Source: Pseudomonadota bacterium
GTDB taxonomy: Archaea > Thermoplasmatota > SW-10-69-26 > JACQPN01 > JAJPHT01
Direction: 5' to 3'
DNA: 64,000 nt
NCBI GenBank assembly: GCA_021325135.1
Contig: JAJPHT010000045.1
Location: 32,001-96,000 of the forward strand
Below, in pieces: positions 1 to 9,617 of this stretch. The position numbers and the translations under genes were made by a program. The notes beneath the pieces were generated by a model that saw only the letters and a program-made list of their open reading frames with translations, had not been told where the DNA came from and searched no databases. The number at the start of each line of letters is the position of its first letter. The stretch's first letter is position 1.

Positions 1-1122
1 CGAGCCGGGCGGCTCGCTCAACATGCGCGTCGCGAGGAGGCCGCGCAGGCGCTGGCCCTTGAGCGTCGCGAGGATCGCGTGCTCCTCGCCGTTGAGGTCG
101 CGCTCCAGGAGCACCGAGGCGAGGCGGCTGGCCTCCTCCATGAGGACGCTGCGCTCCTCCAGCGTCGCGGCGCCCTGCGCCTCGCGGAGCATCGCGTTGA
201 GGCGCCGCTCCAGGCGCACTCCCGCGTCGCTCCACGAGAAGACCAGCGCGTGGCAGCAGGGGCCTTCGAGCCACGCGCGCAGGCGGCGCGCCTCGGCGGC
301 GTCGCCGCGCACGTCCAGGTGCGCGCCGCGGGCGAGGGCGGGGAACGCGAGGCGCGAGGCGCGCACGCGCAGCGCGGGGGAGAGCGCGCCCTCCGCGCGC
401 GGCGGCAGGCGCACCACGAGGGCGCTCCCGTCGCGCTCGCACGAGGCGCCGTTCTCGGTGAGCGCGGCGGCGAGGGCGTCGAGGTCCGCCTCGGCGTGGA
501 GGCGGTCGCGGGGGCGCAGCGGAAGGGTGGCGAGGTCGAGGAGCGCGACGCCTGCGAGGCTCCAGCCGCGGACGAGGTGCCGGGGGAGCCGGCCCGGCGC
601 GTCGAGGACGACGCGCAGCGTCAGCGCGAGGCCGGCGCGCTTCCCCGACGCGTCGAACGCGCGCTCCAGCGCGGCGAGGCGCGCGCCCGCCAGCAAGGGG
701 GCGAGGAGCGCGGCCGCGAGGCCCAGCGTCCAGCCCCACGCGCCGCTCGTGGGCAGCAGCGCGAGGACGGGGCCGCCCCACGGGGCGAGGGCGTGGCCGG
801 CGACGGCCAGCACGAGGGCGAGGGTCCCGGCGAGGCCCGCGAGGGTGAGCCACGCGCCGCCGCGGCGGCGGGCGGGGACGAGGAGGGCGAGCGCGAGGAG
901 CGCGGGAAGCGCGATCCACGGCGCGAGGGCGAGGCCGCCGACGCGCCCGTCGAGGCGGCCCGCGAGGAGGCCTGCGGCGCCCCACACGGCCACGGCCCCC
1001 GCGACGCAGGCGAGGAGGCGGGCGCGGGCGACGAGGGAGGGGCCGCTGGAGCCGGCGAGGCCGCCCGGGGGGCGCGGCGCTTCATGGAGGCGCGACGTGC
1101 CGGCGAGCGGGCTCCAGGCCAT
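1..1122 (-). CDS. hypothetical membrane protein, runs off the window start
   Basis: Not in the ORF track. ATG at 1122 after GGAG; frame reads MAWSPLAGTSRLHEAP...LLACVAGAVAVWGAAGLL... with several hydrophobic helices, then a soluble region, open to position 1. Confidence 0.6.
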   Translation of the reverse strand, partial: MAWSPLAGTSRLHEAPRPPGGLAGSSGPSLVARARLLACVAGAVAVWGAAGLLAGRLDGRVGGLALAPWIALPALLALALLVPARRRGGAWLTLAGLAGTLALVLAVAGHALAPWGGPVLALLPTSGAWGWTLGLAAALLAPLLAGARLAALERAFDASGKRAGLALTLRVVLDAPGRLPRHLVRGWSLAGVALLDLATLPLRPRDRLHAEADLDALAAALTENGASCERDGSALVVRLPPRAEGALSPALRVRASRLAFPALARGAHLDVRGDAAEARRLRAWLEGPCCHALVFSWSDAGVRLERRLNAMLREAQGAATLEERSVLMEEASRLASVLLERDLNGEEHAILATLKGQRLRGLLATRMLSEPPGS

Positions 1123-1194
1123 GCGGCTCCATCTCCGGGGTCGCACCATAATCGTTTGGAAACGCTTCTTGGCGGGCGCCGCCATGCCGCGCTC

Positions 1195-1656
1195 GTGGCG
1201 GAGCGGCGCCTGGTGAACGTCATGGTGTTCGCGGCGCGCCCGCTGCGCGTCCTCCTGCTGCGCCGCCCGCCGGAGCGCGCCGCAGGGTGGCAGTCGGTGA
1301 CGGGCCGCGTCGAGCCCGAGGATGCTCACGGCCCCGCGCCCGCGATGCTGCGCGGGCCCCCCGCGACGCCCGAGGTCCCCACCCTCGTCCGCGCGTGCCT
1401 CCGCGAGATCGCGGAGGAGACGGGCCTGGGCCCGCCGCTGGAGCTCATCGACCTGGGGCGCGAGTCGTCGTTCGTCGGGTACGACGGCGTGACGTACCGC
1501 CAGCGCACGTTCGCGGCCCGCTACGCGGACGCGACGCCGCCCCTGCACACGCCCGAGCACGAGGAGGGGCGCTGGGTGGGGGCGGAGGAGGCGATGAGGC
1601 TCTTCACGTGGGAGACGGACCGCGAGTCGCTGCGCGCGCTCCTGGCGGCCTGGTGA
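1195..1656 (+). CDS. NUDIX hydrolase (NudB-like)
   Basis: LLLRR..WQSVTGRVE...CLREIAEETG Nudix box with an insertion; start taken at GTG 1195 within ORF 79..1656. Confidence 0.8.
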   Translation: MAERRLVNVMVFAARPLRVLLLRRPPERAAGWQSVTGRVEPEDAHGPAPAMLRGPPATPEVPTLVRACLREIAEETGLGPPLELIDLGRESSFVGYDGVTYRQRTFAARYADATPPLHTPEHEEGRWVGAEEAMRLFTWETDRESLRALLAAW

Positions 1657-1677
1657 GGCGGGCCTCGTCGCGCGGGC

Positions 1678-1902
1678 TCAGACGGAGAGGATGCCGTGGA
1701 CGTGGATCGACTCCACGCACCCCAGGAGCCAGTCGCTCCAGTGGGGCAGGACGTCCAGGCCTGGCACGGGGCAGAGGATGTCGACGCAGACCGTGACCAC
1801 GTCGCAGAGGGGCGAGCTTGCCCTGAGGTCCGCCTCCGCCGCCGCGAAGGGGGCGGGGAGCAGGAGCGCGAGGACCACGCCGAGGGGGAGGAAGCGGTTC
1901 AT
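1678..1902 (-). CDS. small secreted Cys-containing protein
   Basis: Signal peptide MNRFLPLGVVLALLLPAPFAAA; 4 Cys in the mature part. Confidence 0.55.
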   Translation of the reverse strand: MNRFLPLGVVLALLLPAPFAAAEADLRASSPLCDVVTVCVDILCPVPGLDVLPHWSDWLLGCVESIHVHGILSV

Positions 1903-2064
1903 GGGGGCACGTCGCGCCCCGACGCGCCCCGCGGGGGATCAACTCCGCCCTGCCCCTGGGGGGACGGACGAAACGCGGCTCTCCGTCGTTGCGTCGGTCG
2001 CGCCCCTTCTCCGGCCGGGCTCTAGCTTTATGTCTCCCTGGGTGGGTCGGCAGAAGGGCAGGCC

Positions 2065-4704
2065 ATGGCTCTGGACGTCGATCGCGCGCTGGGCAAGGCC
2101 GTCTCCCGCGTCTTCACGTGGAGCGTGCGCCACGCGGCCGTCGTGGTGGCGGTCTACGTCGCCATCACGCTGGCCTTCGCCTACGGCCTCACCGAGATCC
2201 AGGTCCGCTCCACGGACTACGACCTCATGCCGGACAGCCACCCCTCGGCGCAGGCGAACTACGCCGCGCTGGACAAGATCCCCGGCTTCCGCAACGCGGA
2301 CACGCTCTGGATCGAGGTCTCCAACGCCACCGTGTGCGACAACGGACCCCAGGGGCAGAACTGCCATCGCGACAACATCACGTCGCCCAACAGCGTGCGC
2401 GCCGCCGAGGAGGCTGCGCAATACATCCAGGCCCGCGTGCCGGAGATGAAGTACGTCATCGACCTGCCCTACCTGGCCAAGCTCATCAACTACACCCTCT
2501 CGGGGCAGCCCGACCCCGCCAACGCGGTGGTCTGCAGCGCGCCGGGCGCCTCGCCCGTCCCCGTCCCCGTGCTCCCCGGAGGGCCCGCGGCGTGCGATCC
2601 CAACAAGCCGCCCCTGAACCCGCCCAACGAGTCGGCCTTCGCGCTCCCCGGCGACGACCTCACCCTTACCCGCGACCTGGACGTGCTGGAGCAGGCCGCG
2701 CCCGACGTCATCGCCGCGCAGACCAACGAGAAGTACACCGGCGCCATCATCGTCTTCATCTACGACGTGAACGTCACCAAGGAGGGCCCCGAGAAGGTCG
2801 TCCCCGTCGCGACGCGCTTCGTGCACGCCGCCATGGAGTGGCGCGAGCAGGGCTGCCCCAACATGGCGCAGAAGAACCTGCTCAACAACGGGCCCGCGTT
2901 CGACTGCTCCAAGACCTACATCCTGGGCCAGTCCATCAACGGCCACTTGACCGAGCTGGCGCAGAGCGACTTCCAGACCTTCGCGCCCATCGTGTTCATC
3001 GCGACGTTCTTCGTGCTCGTCGTCGCGTTCACCGACGTCACGTCCATGCTCATCGCCATGGTCTCGTTCTGCATGGGCCTCGTGTGGACGTACGGCCTCA
3101 TGGGCTACCTCCACATCCCGCTGACGTTCTTCGGCCTCCTCATCGTGCCCATCACCATGGGCGTCGGCAAGGAGTACGCCATCTACGTCACGAACCAGTA
3201 CATGGAGTACGTCGCGAGCGGGCGGAGCAAGGACGAGGTGTGGCGCATGGTGGGCCGCCGCGCGGGCGCCGCCCTGGCCATCGCGACCGTGACCAGCATC
3301 TCGGGCCTCGTCGCGATGTACTTCGCCGGCTTCCACATCATGCGGGACCTGGCGTTCCTGTGCATCTTCGCCTTCGCGTCGCTCTTCTTCCTCTCGGTCA
3401 TGTTCATCCCCGCCGCGCAGGCGTTGAGGCGCCGGCAGGCGAAGCCCAAGCCGTTCAAGCCCAGCCTCCTCATGGGCGCCGTCGCGCGCGGCATCAGCAG
3501 GAACCGCACCGCGGTCGTCGTCGTCACGGTGATCCTCACCGGCGCCCTCTACTACGAGAGCACGAAGCTGGAGGAGTACTTCGGCATCTCCGGCGGCTTC
3601 CGCCAGGGCGACTACCTGGAGGAGAGCTACAAGTTCTACAACACCGCGCTGGGCGGCTCCGGCACCGAGCTGGTGGTCATCAAGGGGGACATCGCCGACT
3701 GGAAGACGCTCCAGTACCTCACGAGCCTCGACGCGAGCCTCGTCGCCGACAAGGAGCACGTCCCCAAGTCCAGCAACGTCGCCTCGCTCATGCTGGGCCT
3801 GCGCACCTACTACGACCTGCGCAACGGCCTCACGAACCCGGCCATCCTCACCGAGAAGGCCAAGAGCGACCCCAACTTCAACGTCCCCCACGACGCCGCG
3901 GCCATCCGCCACGATATCAAATTGATGTACAACTCCACCGTGTGGGCGCCCCTGGTCGCCATCTTCGTCTCGCCCGACGCGGATTACGCCGTCACGCACA
4001 CGTTCTACCACATCGCCAAGGAGGACTTCGCCGGCCTCCAGGGCGACTGGGACGCGCTCAACTGCGACGTGGGCAACCCCGAGCAGTCCAGCTCGCCCTG
4101 CGCCACGCAGGGCCCCCAGAAGCCCGACACCGTGAAGTCGGTCAACCTCGTGGGCACGCAGGACACGTTCTACCTCTTCGTCAAGTACGGCCTCCCGTGG
4201 CTCGACTACGTGAGCTACATCGCGGCGGGCCTCACGTTCGTCATCGCCTTCGCGGTGCTGCGCAAGCCGCGCGACGTGCTCGCCGTCATGGTGCCCATGG
4301 TCGTCGCCGGCGTCTGGTGGCTGGGCCTGCTGCCCCTCTTCGGCATCGAGAAGTCCATGACGCTCATGCTGCCCACCGTGCTGCTCATCAGCGTGGGCTC
4401 CGACTACGCCATCCAGTACGTCTGGAACTACCGCGAGGTGGGCGACATGGAGGAGGTCTACCGCACGACGGGCAAGGCCAACCTCTACGTCGTCATCGCC
4501 ACCATCATCGCGTTCCTCCTCTTCGTGCCCATGAAGCTCGTGCTGTCCAGCCAGGGCGCCCTCGCCGCCGCGCTGGCCATCGGGTGCATCTTCCTGAGCA
4601 CGACGCTCCTCGTGCCTCTCTTCTACCCCGGCGCCGGCCGCGGCGAGCGCGTCACCGTGCGCGAGGTCGAGGAGGACGCCGTGACGCTGCCGGTGACGCG
4701 GTAG
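2065..4704 (+). CDS. MMPL/RND family transporter
   Basis: Two repeats of TM + large loop + 5 TM; GVGKEYAIY and SVGSDYAIQ motifs; strong codon bias. Confidence 0.9.
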   Translation: MALDVDRALGKAVSRVFTWSVRHAAVVVAVYVAITLAFAYGLTEIQVRSTDYDLMPDSHPSAQANYAALDKIPGFRNADTLWIEVSNATVCDNGPQGQNCHRDNITSPNSVRAAEEAAQYIQARVPEMKYVIDLPYLAKLINYTLSGQPDPANAVVCSAPGASPVPVPVLPGGPAACDPNKPPLNPPNESAFALPGDDLTLTRDLDVLEQAAPDVIAAQTNEKYTGAIIVFIYDVNVTKEGPEKVVPVATRFVHAAMEWREQGCPNMAQKNLLNNGPAFDCSKTYILGQSINGHLTELAQSDFQTFAPIVFIATFFVLVVAFTDVTSMLIAMVSFCMGLVWTYGLMGYLHIPLTFFGLLIVPITMGVGKEYAIYVTNQYMEYVASGRSKDEVWRMVGRRAGAALAIATVTSISGLVAMYFAGFHIMRDLAFLCIFAFASLFFLSVMFIPAAQALRRRQAKPKPFKPSLLMGAVARGISRNRTAVVVVTVILTGALYYESTKLEEYFGISGGFRQGDYLEESYKFYNTALGGSGTELVVIKGDIADWKTLQYLTSLDASLVADKEHVPKSSNVASLMLGLRTYYDLRNGLTNPAILTEKAKSDPNFNVPHDAAAIRHDIKLMYNSTVWAPLVAIFVSPDADYAVTHTFYHIAKEDFAGLQGDWDALNCDVGNPEQSSSPCATQGPQKPDTVKSVNLVGTQDTFYLFVKYGLPWLDYVSYIAAGLTFVIAFAVLRKPRDVLAVMVPMVVAGVWWLGLLPLFGIEKSMTLMLPTVLLISVGSDYAIQYVWNYREVGDMEEVYRTTGKANLYVVIATIIAFLLFVPMKLVLSSQGALAAALAIGCIFLSTTLLVPLFYPGAGRGERVTVREVEEDAVTLPVTR

Positions 4705-4853
4705 CCCCCTCCGCCTGACGAAAGGCCCGAATGCTCAAATAGGGGCTCCGAAATGGAGGGACGCCCTGGGGCGCGATCCCAAGGGATGGCGGCTCCGGTC
4801 TGCTGCCTGCGCTCCTTCGCTGGACGCGGGCGGATCGCACGCATGGACCAACT

Positions 4854-4926
4854 GGGGTGGTAGATCAGTTGGGAGATCGTCTGACTGAAGATCAGAAGGT
4901 CGCCGGTTCAAGTCCGGCTCACCCCA
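4854..4926 (+). tRNA. tRNA-Phe (GAA)
   Basis: 73-nt cloverleaf: acceptor GGGGTGG/TCACCCC, D stem GATC/GATC, anticodon arm TCTGA-CTGAAGA-TCAGA, T arm GCCGG-TTCAAGT-CCGGC; no encoded CCA; T-rich tract follows. Confidence 0.95.
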
Positions 4927-5010
4927 CTAGCTTTTCTCCGTTTTCTCGCTCCGCCTGATCGATCAACCCACCCCGGGCGCCCACAGGCGAAAATAACAAG
5001 CTCGCCGCGC

Positions 5011-5508
5011 GTGTCCCGTGGGGCGATGATCACCCCCACTCCTTGGGAGGCCCTGGGGATCGCTGCTTCCCTCGCGACCCTCGCGGCATTCCCGTCTGTC
5101 CTCCTCGCCGCCAAGGGTTGGGCAGAGGTGCGGCTGACGGTGGGGCTTCTCATGGTCGCGGCTGCGGTTCTGCCCCTGCTCCTGGCGTGCGTGCTGCTCC
5201 TCTTCGGAAGCGGCCCGGTCTGGGCCCCTCGGGGCGGCGTCCTCCTGGCCGACGCGTGCATCGTGGCGCTTGCGTCGTTCATCTACGTGGCGGTGGACGA
5301 CGGGAACTGGGCGCAGCACGAGGCGCAGATCATCGTCTACTTCCGTCTTCAGGCGGCGACCACGGTCCTGGGCACGACGTTCGCCTTCGCGACGCCCTCC
5401 GGCGCATGGCCCGCGCTGGTGGCCATGGTCGTCGTCCAGGTGCTGGGCCTCTTCATGGAGACGTTCGCCGTCGCGCACCCTCCGCGGCGGGGGCGGCTCG
5501 TTCTCTGA
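5011..5508 (+). CDS. hypothetical multi-pass membrane protein
   Basis: About 5 hydrophobic segments; start may be ATG 5026. Confidence 0.6.
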   Translation: MSRGAMITPTPWEALGIAASLATLAAFPSVLLAAKGWAEVRLTVGLLMVAAAVLPLLLACVLLLFGSGPVWAPRGGVLLADACIVALASFIYVAVDDGNWAQHEAQIIVYFRLQAATTVLGTTFAFATPSGAWPALVAMVVVQVLGLFMETFAVAHPPRRGRLVL

Positions 5509-5518
5509 TCGCCGGGCG

Positions 5519-5986
5519 TCACGGCCCGGGGGCGCTGCCCGTCGCGGCGTGCCCCTTGGCCAGCTCCCGCAGGAACGCCCCGTACTGCTCGCGCTTCTCG
5601 AACGACAGCGGCAGCCCCTGGTAGCCGCAGCGGGGGCACACCTGCTGGGAGAGGAGCGTGCCGCCCCCGGCGAAGGCGCCGTCGCGCACGGTGGCGGGGC
5701 GGATGCCCAGGTAGCCGCAGTCGGGGCACGCGGTGAGGGGCTGCGGGAGGTCGGCAAGGGTCGCGTCGTCGACGGGCGGGACGGGGGTCTTGGCGAGGCT
5801 GCGGGCCACCTGCTCAGGCTCGGGCCGGGGGGAGGTGGGGCCGGCGGCGAGCCCTCGGGCGCCCACGGCGGCGAGCCCCAGCGCGAGGGCACCGAACCAG
5901 AGCCCCGTGGCGACGCTCCGTCCCAGGAAGGCGAAGAAGGCCGTGAAGGCGAAGAGGCCGGCCAGGACGAGGAGGACCGAGGCCAT
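5519..5986 (-). CDS. membrane-anchored zinc-ribbon protein
   Basis: Two N-terminal TM helices; CPDCG and CPRCG knuckles. Confidence 0.7.
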   Translation of the reverse strand: MASVLLVLAGLFAFTAFFAFLGRSVATGLWFGALALGLAAVGARGLAAGPTSPRPEPEQVARSLAKTPVPPVDDATLADLPQPLTACPDCGYLGIRPATVRDGAFAGGGTLLSQQVCPRCGYQGLPLSFEKREQYGAFLRELAKGHAATGSAPGP

Positions 5987-6150
5987 GGTGCGGTTCAAGC
6001 GAAGCTCTCCCTGCGTCGCGAAGAGGCGCGGGCCGCCTTGGCGCCGCCGTACATACTGTAGGCACCCGGGCGGTCCTCCGACGCGCATAGGGTGAAAGGA
6101 CAACCCTGAGAACCCCTCGCACGCCTGCGCGGCGTGGGAGGCCACCCGCC

Positions 6151-8076
6151 ATGCGCCGCGCGCTGCTCACGCTCTCCATCTCCCTTCTGCTCCTCGCGCC
6201 CCTCGCCGCGTCGCTGCCCACGCTCGCGCCCGTCGCGCCCCGCGCGGCCCCGGCCCCCGCCGACGCGCCCTTCCTGGTGGGCGCCGCAGCGCGTGATATC
6301 ACCCCGGCGACGCCGCAGTACCTGGGCGGCTACGGCACGGACCGCGTGAGCACGGGCACGGACCCGAACACGCCGCTCCAGGTGCGCGCGTTCTCCGTGA
6401 GCAACGCCACGGGCGCCACCGTGATGTGGGCCGAGGTCGACACGCAGGGCTACTTCTCGGGCTATCAGGAGGGAGCCTACGGCACGCTGGACGTGCGCCA
6501 GAGCGTCGAGCGCGACCTGGGCGTCCCGCAGGGGCACGTCGTGGTGGCGTCCTCGCACAGCCACGCCGCGCCGACGCTCATGGGCATCTGGGGCCCCACG
6601 GACCCGGCCTACCTCAAGCTCGTGCACGACCAGACGATCGGCGCGCTGGAGGACGCGTACCGCGCCCGTGAGCCCGCCTCGCTCACCGTCGCCGTGGCCC
6701 ACCACGCCGACATGATCGGCACCAACCTCTCCTACGGAGACATGATGGTGGGCTGGCCGGTGGACGACACGCTCTCGGTGCTGCGCGCGCAGGCGCCCGA
6801 CGGCCGCGACGTGGCGACGTTCGTCAACTTCGGCGTGCACGCGGACATCGTCGCCAAGAGCCTCATGTCCTCCGACTGGCTGGGGCCCGCCCGCGACTAT
6901 CTCCAGGCGCGCCTGGGCGGCACCGTCGTCGTGGCCGAGGGCACGCTGGGCCACCAGGAGGCGCCCATCGAGGACAACCGCGGCGGCGACCCGTACCAGC
7001 AGATCGTCCGCTTCGGCGACCTCCTGGGCGAGCGCGCGCTGGACGCGCTGGCCACCGGCGGCCGCCCCGTGGCGGGCGACGCGGTGGACGGCGACATGGA
7101 ATATTTCGCCATCCCCATCACGAACCCCGCGCTCCTGGCCCTCGTGCTGGGCGCGAACCCGCACGACACGCCCGGCATCCAGCAGGCGGTGGACAACTAC
7201 CCCATCGACCGCGCGATCCTGCCCCCCTTCGCGCTTCCGCCCCTGGGAGCGACGTGGGCGGGCGCCGTGCGCTTCGGCGACGAGATGCTCTTCACGCTGC
7301 CCGGCGAGGCGTTCGCGGACGTGCCCTTCGCGGTGCGCGACGCCACCACGGGCTGCCGCGCGGACTTCAAGCTGGGCCTCGCGCAGGAGCAGTTCGGCTA
7401 CCACTGGATGTCGTGGGAGACGGCCAACGCCGCGCCCGTGGGCGACTTCCTCATCTACAACGTGAACCCCGCGCTGGGCGACGTCGTCGCCAACGTGGAC
7501 GTCGTGGCCGCCAACAAGATCGGCTGCGCCGCGGGGCCCGCCGTCTCCAAGCCGGAGTACCGCGGCACCAGCAGCATCACGGGCAGCGACCCCTTCGGCA
7601 CGCAGGCCCTCGCGTTCCCCGACCAGACCGACGCGGGGAGCCCCATCACCTTCGAGGCGTTCGCGTTCGCAGGCGGCGACGCCCTGGCGTGGGACTTCGG
7701 CGACGGGACCACCGCCGCGGGCGAGCGCATCGTGCACGCCTTCGCGGACCCGGGCGACCATCGCGTCACGATGACCGAGACCTCGTCGAGCGGACAGGCC
7801 GCCCGGGTCGACATGGACGTGCGCGTGTGGCCCGCCGCGGGCGCCGCCCTCTCGTCGCGCGACCTGGGCGGCCACGTCGCGGAGCTGGGCGCCGCCCTCA
7901 CGGGCGCCTCGGGCCGCCCCATGCAGGCGCAGTGGGACTTCGGCGCGGGCGACGGGGCGTGGGGCCTCGCGGTGGAGCACGCGTTCCCCGCCGCGGGGAC
8001 CTACCCTGTGGGCGTCCGCGTGGCGGACGCGTCGGGCCTCGTGGGCGAAGGCCACGCCCTGGTCACGGTGTCGTGA
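6151..8076 (+). CDS. secreted neutral/alkaline ceramidase-like protein with two C-terminal PKD domains
   Basis: Signal peptide; VGAAARDITP, SSHSHAAP, TLPGE motifs; WDFGDG and WDFGAG PKD motifs. Confidence 0.75.
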   Translation: MRRALLTLSISLLLLAPLAASLPTLAPVAPRAAPAPADAPFLVGAAARDITPATPQYLGGYGTDRVSTGTDPNTPLQVRAFSVSNATGATVMWAEVDTQGYFSGYQEGAYGTLDVRQSVERDLGVPQGHVVVASSHSHAAPTLMGIWGPTDPAYLKLVHDQTIGALEDAYRAREPASLTVAVAHHADMIGTNLSYGDMMVGWPVDDTLSVLRAQAPDGRDVATFVNFGVHADIVAKSLMSSDWLGPARDYLQARLGGTVVVAEGTLGHQEAPIEDNRGGDPYQQIVRFGDLLGERALDALATGGRPVAGDAVDGDMEYFAIPITNPALLALVLGANPHDTPGIQQAVDNYPIDRAILPPFALPPLGATWAGAVRFGDEMLFTLPGEAFADVPFAVRDATTGCRADFKLGLAQEQFGYHWMSWETANAAPVGDFLIYNVNPALGDVVANVDVVAANKIGCAAGPAVSKPEYRGTSSITGSDPFGTQALAFPDQTDAGSPITFEAFAFAGGDALAWDFGDGTTAAGERIVHAFADPGDHRVTMTETSSSGQAARVDMDVRVWPAAGAALSSRDLGGHVAELGAALTGASGRPMQAQWDFGAGDGAWGLAVEHAFPAAGTYPVGVRVADASGLVGEGHALVTVS

Positions 8077-8516
8077 GGAGCCGCAAGGCGCAAGAGGGGC
8101 CGCGGCCTAGCCGCCGCGTGCGCTGGCCGCCGCTCCTGGTGGTGCCCGTCCTCGTGCTCGCCAGCGGATGCTTCCTCCCGCCGCAGCCCCCAGCCCCCAC
8201 CGCGGGCGAGTTCCACGTGGAGCTGCTTGGCGCGTCGCCCACGACCCAGGCCATGCGCTGGAACGTCGCGCTCTCCAACGGCAACGCGGCCGCGATGCAC
8301 GGCATCAAGGTCCAGATCACGGTGAAGTATTACCGCACCCGCGACGCGGGGCACGACGAGAAGACCCTGGACATCGATGCCAACAACACCACCGTCGTGC
8401 TGCTGAGCACGGCGTTCATGGGGTTCGGCGACTACGACTACGTCCTCCAGGCCGTGGGAAGCGACGGCACGATCCTGGACACGGAGCAGGACCTCTTCGA
8501 ACTGTGCGCGTGCTGA
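8073..8516 (+). CDS. putative lipoprotein
   Basis: Lipobox LASGC after a hydrophobic stretch; GTGA overlap with the upstream stop (alternative start GTG 8118). Confidence 0.6.
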   Translation: MRSRKAQEGPRPSRRVRWPPLLVVPVLVLASGCFLPPQPPAPTAGEFHVELLGASPTTQAMRWNVALSNGNAAAMHGIKVQITVKYYRTRDAGHDEKTLDIDANNTTVVLLSTAFMGFGDYDYVLQAVGSDGTILDTEQDLFELCAC

Positions 8517-8555
8517 GGGGCGAAGCTTCATCCCGAGCGGCACGGGTCCAGCCGC

Positions 8556-9617
8556 GTGCGCGCCGAGGCCCTGCTGCCCGACCTCATCCGCCGCGCCGGG
8601 CGCTCGCCCCACGACGTGCTCGCCGGCGTCGAGCCCGCGCTGCGCGCGCTGGGCTTCGCGCCGCGGCGCACGCGCGAGGGCCCCGAGGCGGTGCTGTGGA
8701 CGCGCGGCTCGCCCAGGCTCGCCCTCTCGGGGCACGTGGACGTCGTCCCGGTGGGCGAAGGGTGGAAGCAGGACCCCCACGGCGGCGCGCTGGCGGAGGG
8801 CCGCGTCTGGGGCCGCGGAGCGTGCGACATGCTGGGCGCCGTCGCGGCCTTCGCGGGCGCGGCCGAGCTTGCGCCCGACGCGCCCTGCGCCATCCTCCTC
8901 ACCACCGACGAGGAGACGCGCATGGGCGCCGCCGAGGGCGCGCTGCGCGACGGATTGCTATCGGGCCTGGAGGCCGTGGTCGTGGGCGAGCCCACGGGGC
9001 TCGCCGTGGGCACAGCCGAGAAGGGCGTCCTCTGGATGCGCGCGCGGACGGCGGGCCGCAACGCGCACGGCTCCATGCCCGAGCTTGGCGACAACGCCGC
9101 GGACCGCCTCGTGCGCGCGCTCCACGCCCTGCAGGCCGCGCCGCTCCCGGGCCACCACGCGCTCCTGGGCCGCCCCACGCTCAACGTGGGCCGCCTCGCG
9201 GCGGGCGAGGCCGTGAACCAGGTCCCCGCCAGCGCCAGCGCCGAGCTTGATATCAGATATCTTCCTGGCATGGACGCGGCGGGCGTCGAGCGCCACCTCA
9301 TGCAGGCCTTCGGCCGCGCGGGCGAGGCCCCGGGCCTGGAGACCATCGGCCACCACCCGCCCTTCGAGACCTCCGCCGACGCGCGCCTCGTCAAGGCCGC
9401 CGCGGGCGCGGTCGCCTCGGTGCGCGGCCAGCCCCCCGAGGTCGTGGGCTTCCCCTACGGCACCGAGGCGTCGCGCTACGCGCCCGCGGGCCTCGACTGC
9501 GTCATCCTCGGCCCCGGCGAGCCCGCCCTGGCGCACACCAACCGCGAGAGCGTGCGCGTCGACGCGCTGCGCGAGGCCGAGGAGATCTATGCGGCGCTCT
9601 TGAGAGAGTACGCATGA
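8556..9617 (+). CDS. M20 family metallo-amidohydrolase (ArgE/DapE-like)
   Basis: SGHVDVVP, GRGACDMLG, DEE, VGEPT, AHGS, AHT motifs. Confidence 0.9.
   Translation: MRAEALLPDLIRRAGRSPHDVLAGVEPALRALGFAPRRTREGPEAVLWTRGSPRLALSGHVDVVPVGEGWKQDPHGGALAEGRVWGRGACDMLGAVAAFAGAAELAPDAPCAILLTTDEETRMGAAEGALRDGLLSGLEAVVVGEPTGLAVGTAEKGVLWMRARTAGRNAHGSMPELGDNAADRLVRALHALQAAPLPGHHALLGRPTLNVGRLAAGEAVNQVPASASAELDIRYLPGMDAAGVERHLMQAFGRAGEAPGLETIGHHPPFETSADARLVKAAAGAVASVRGQPPEVVGFPYGTEASRYAPAGLDCVILGPGEPALAHTNRESVRVDALREAEEIYAALLREYA

Noticed and set aside
79-1194. Long N-terminal extension of the NUDIX ORF
   Set aside because: It is the antisense shadow of the minus-strand membrane gene 1-1122.
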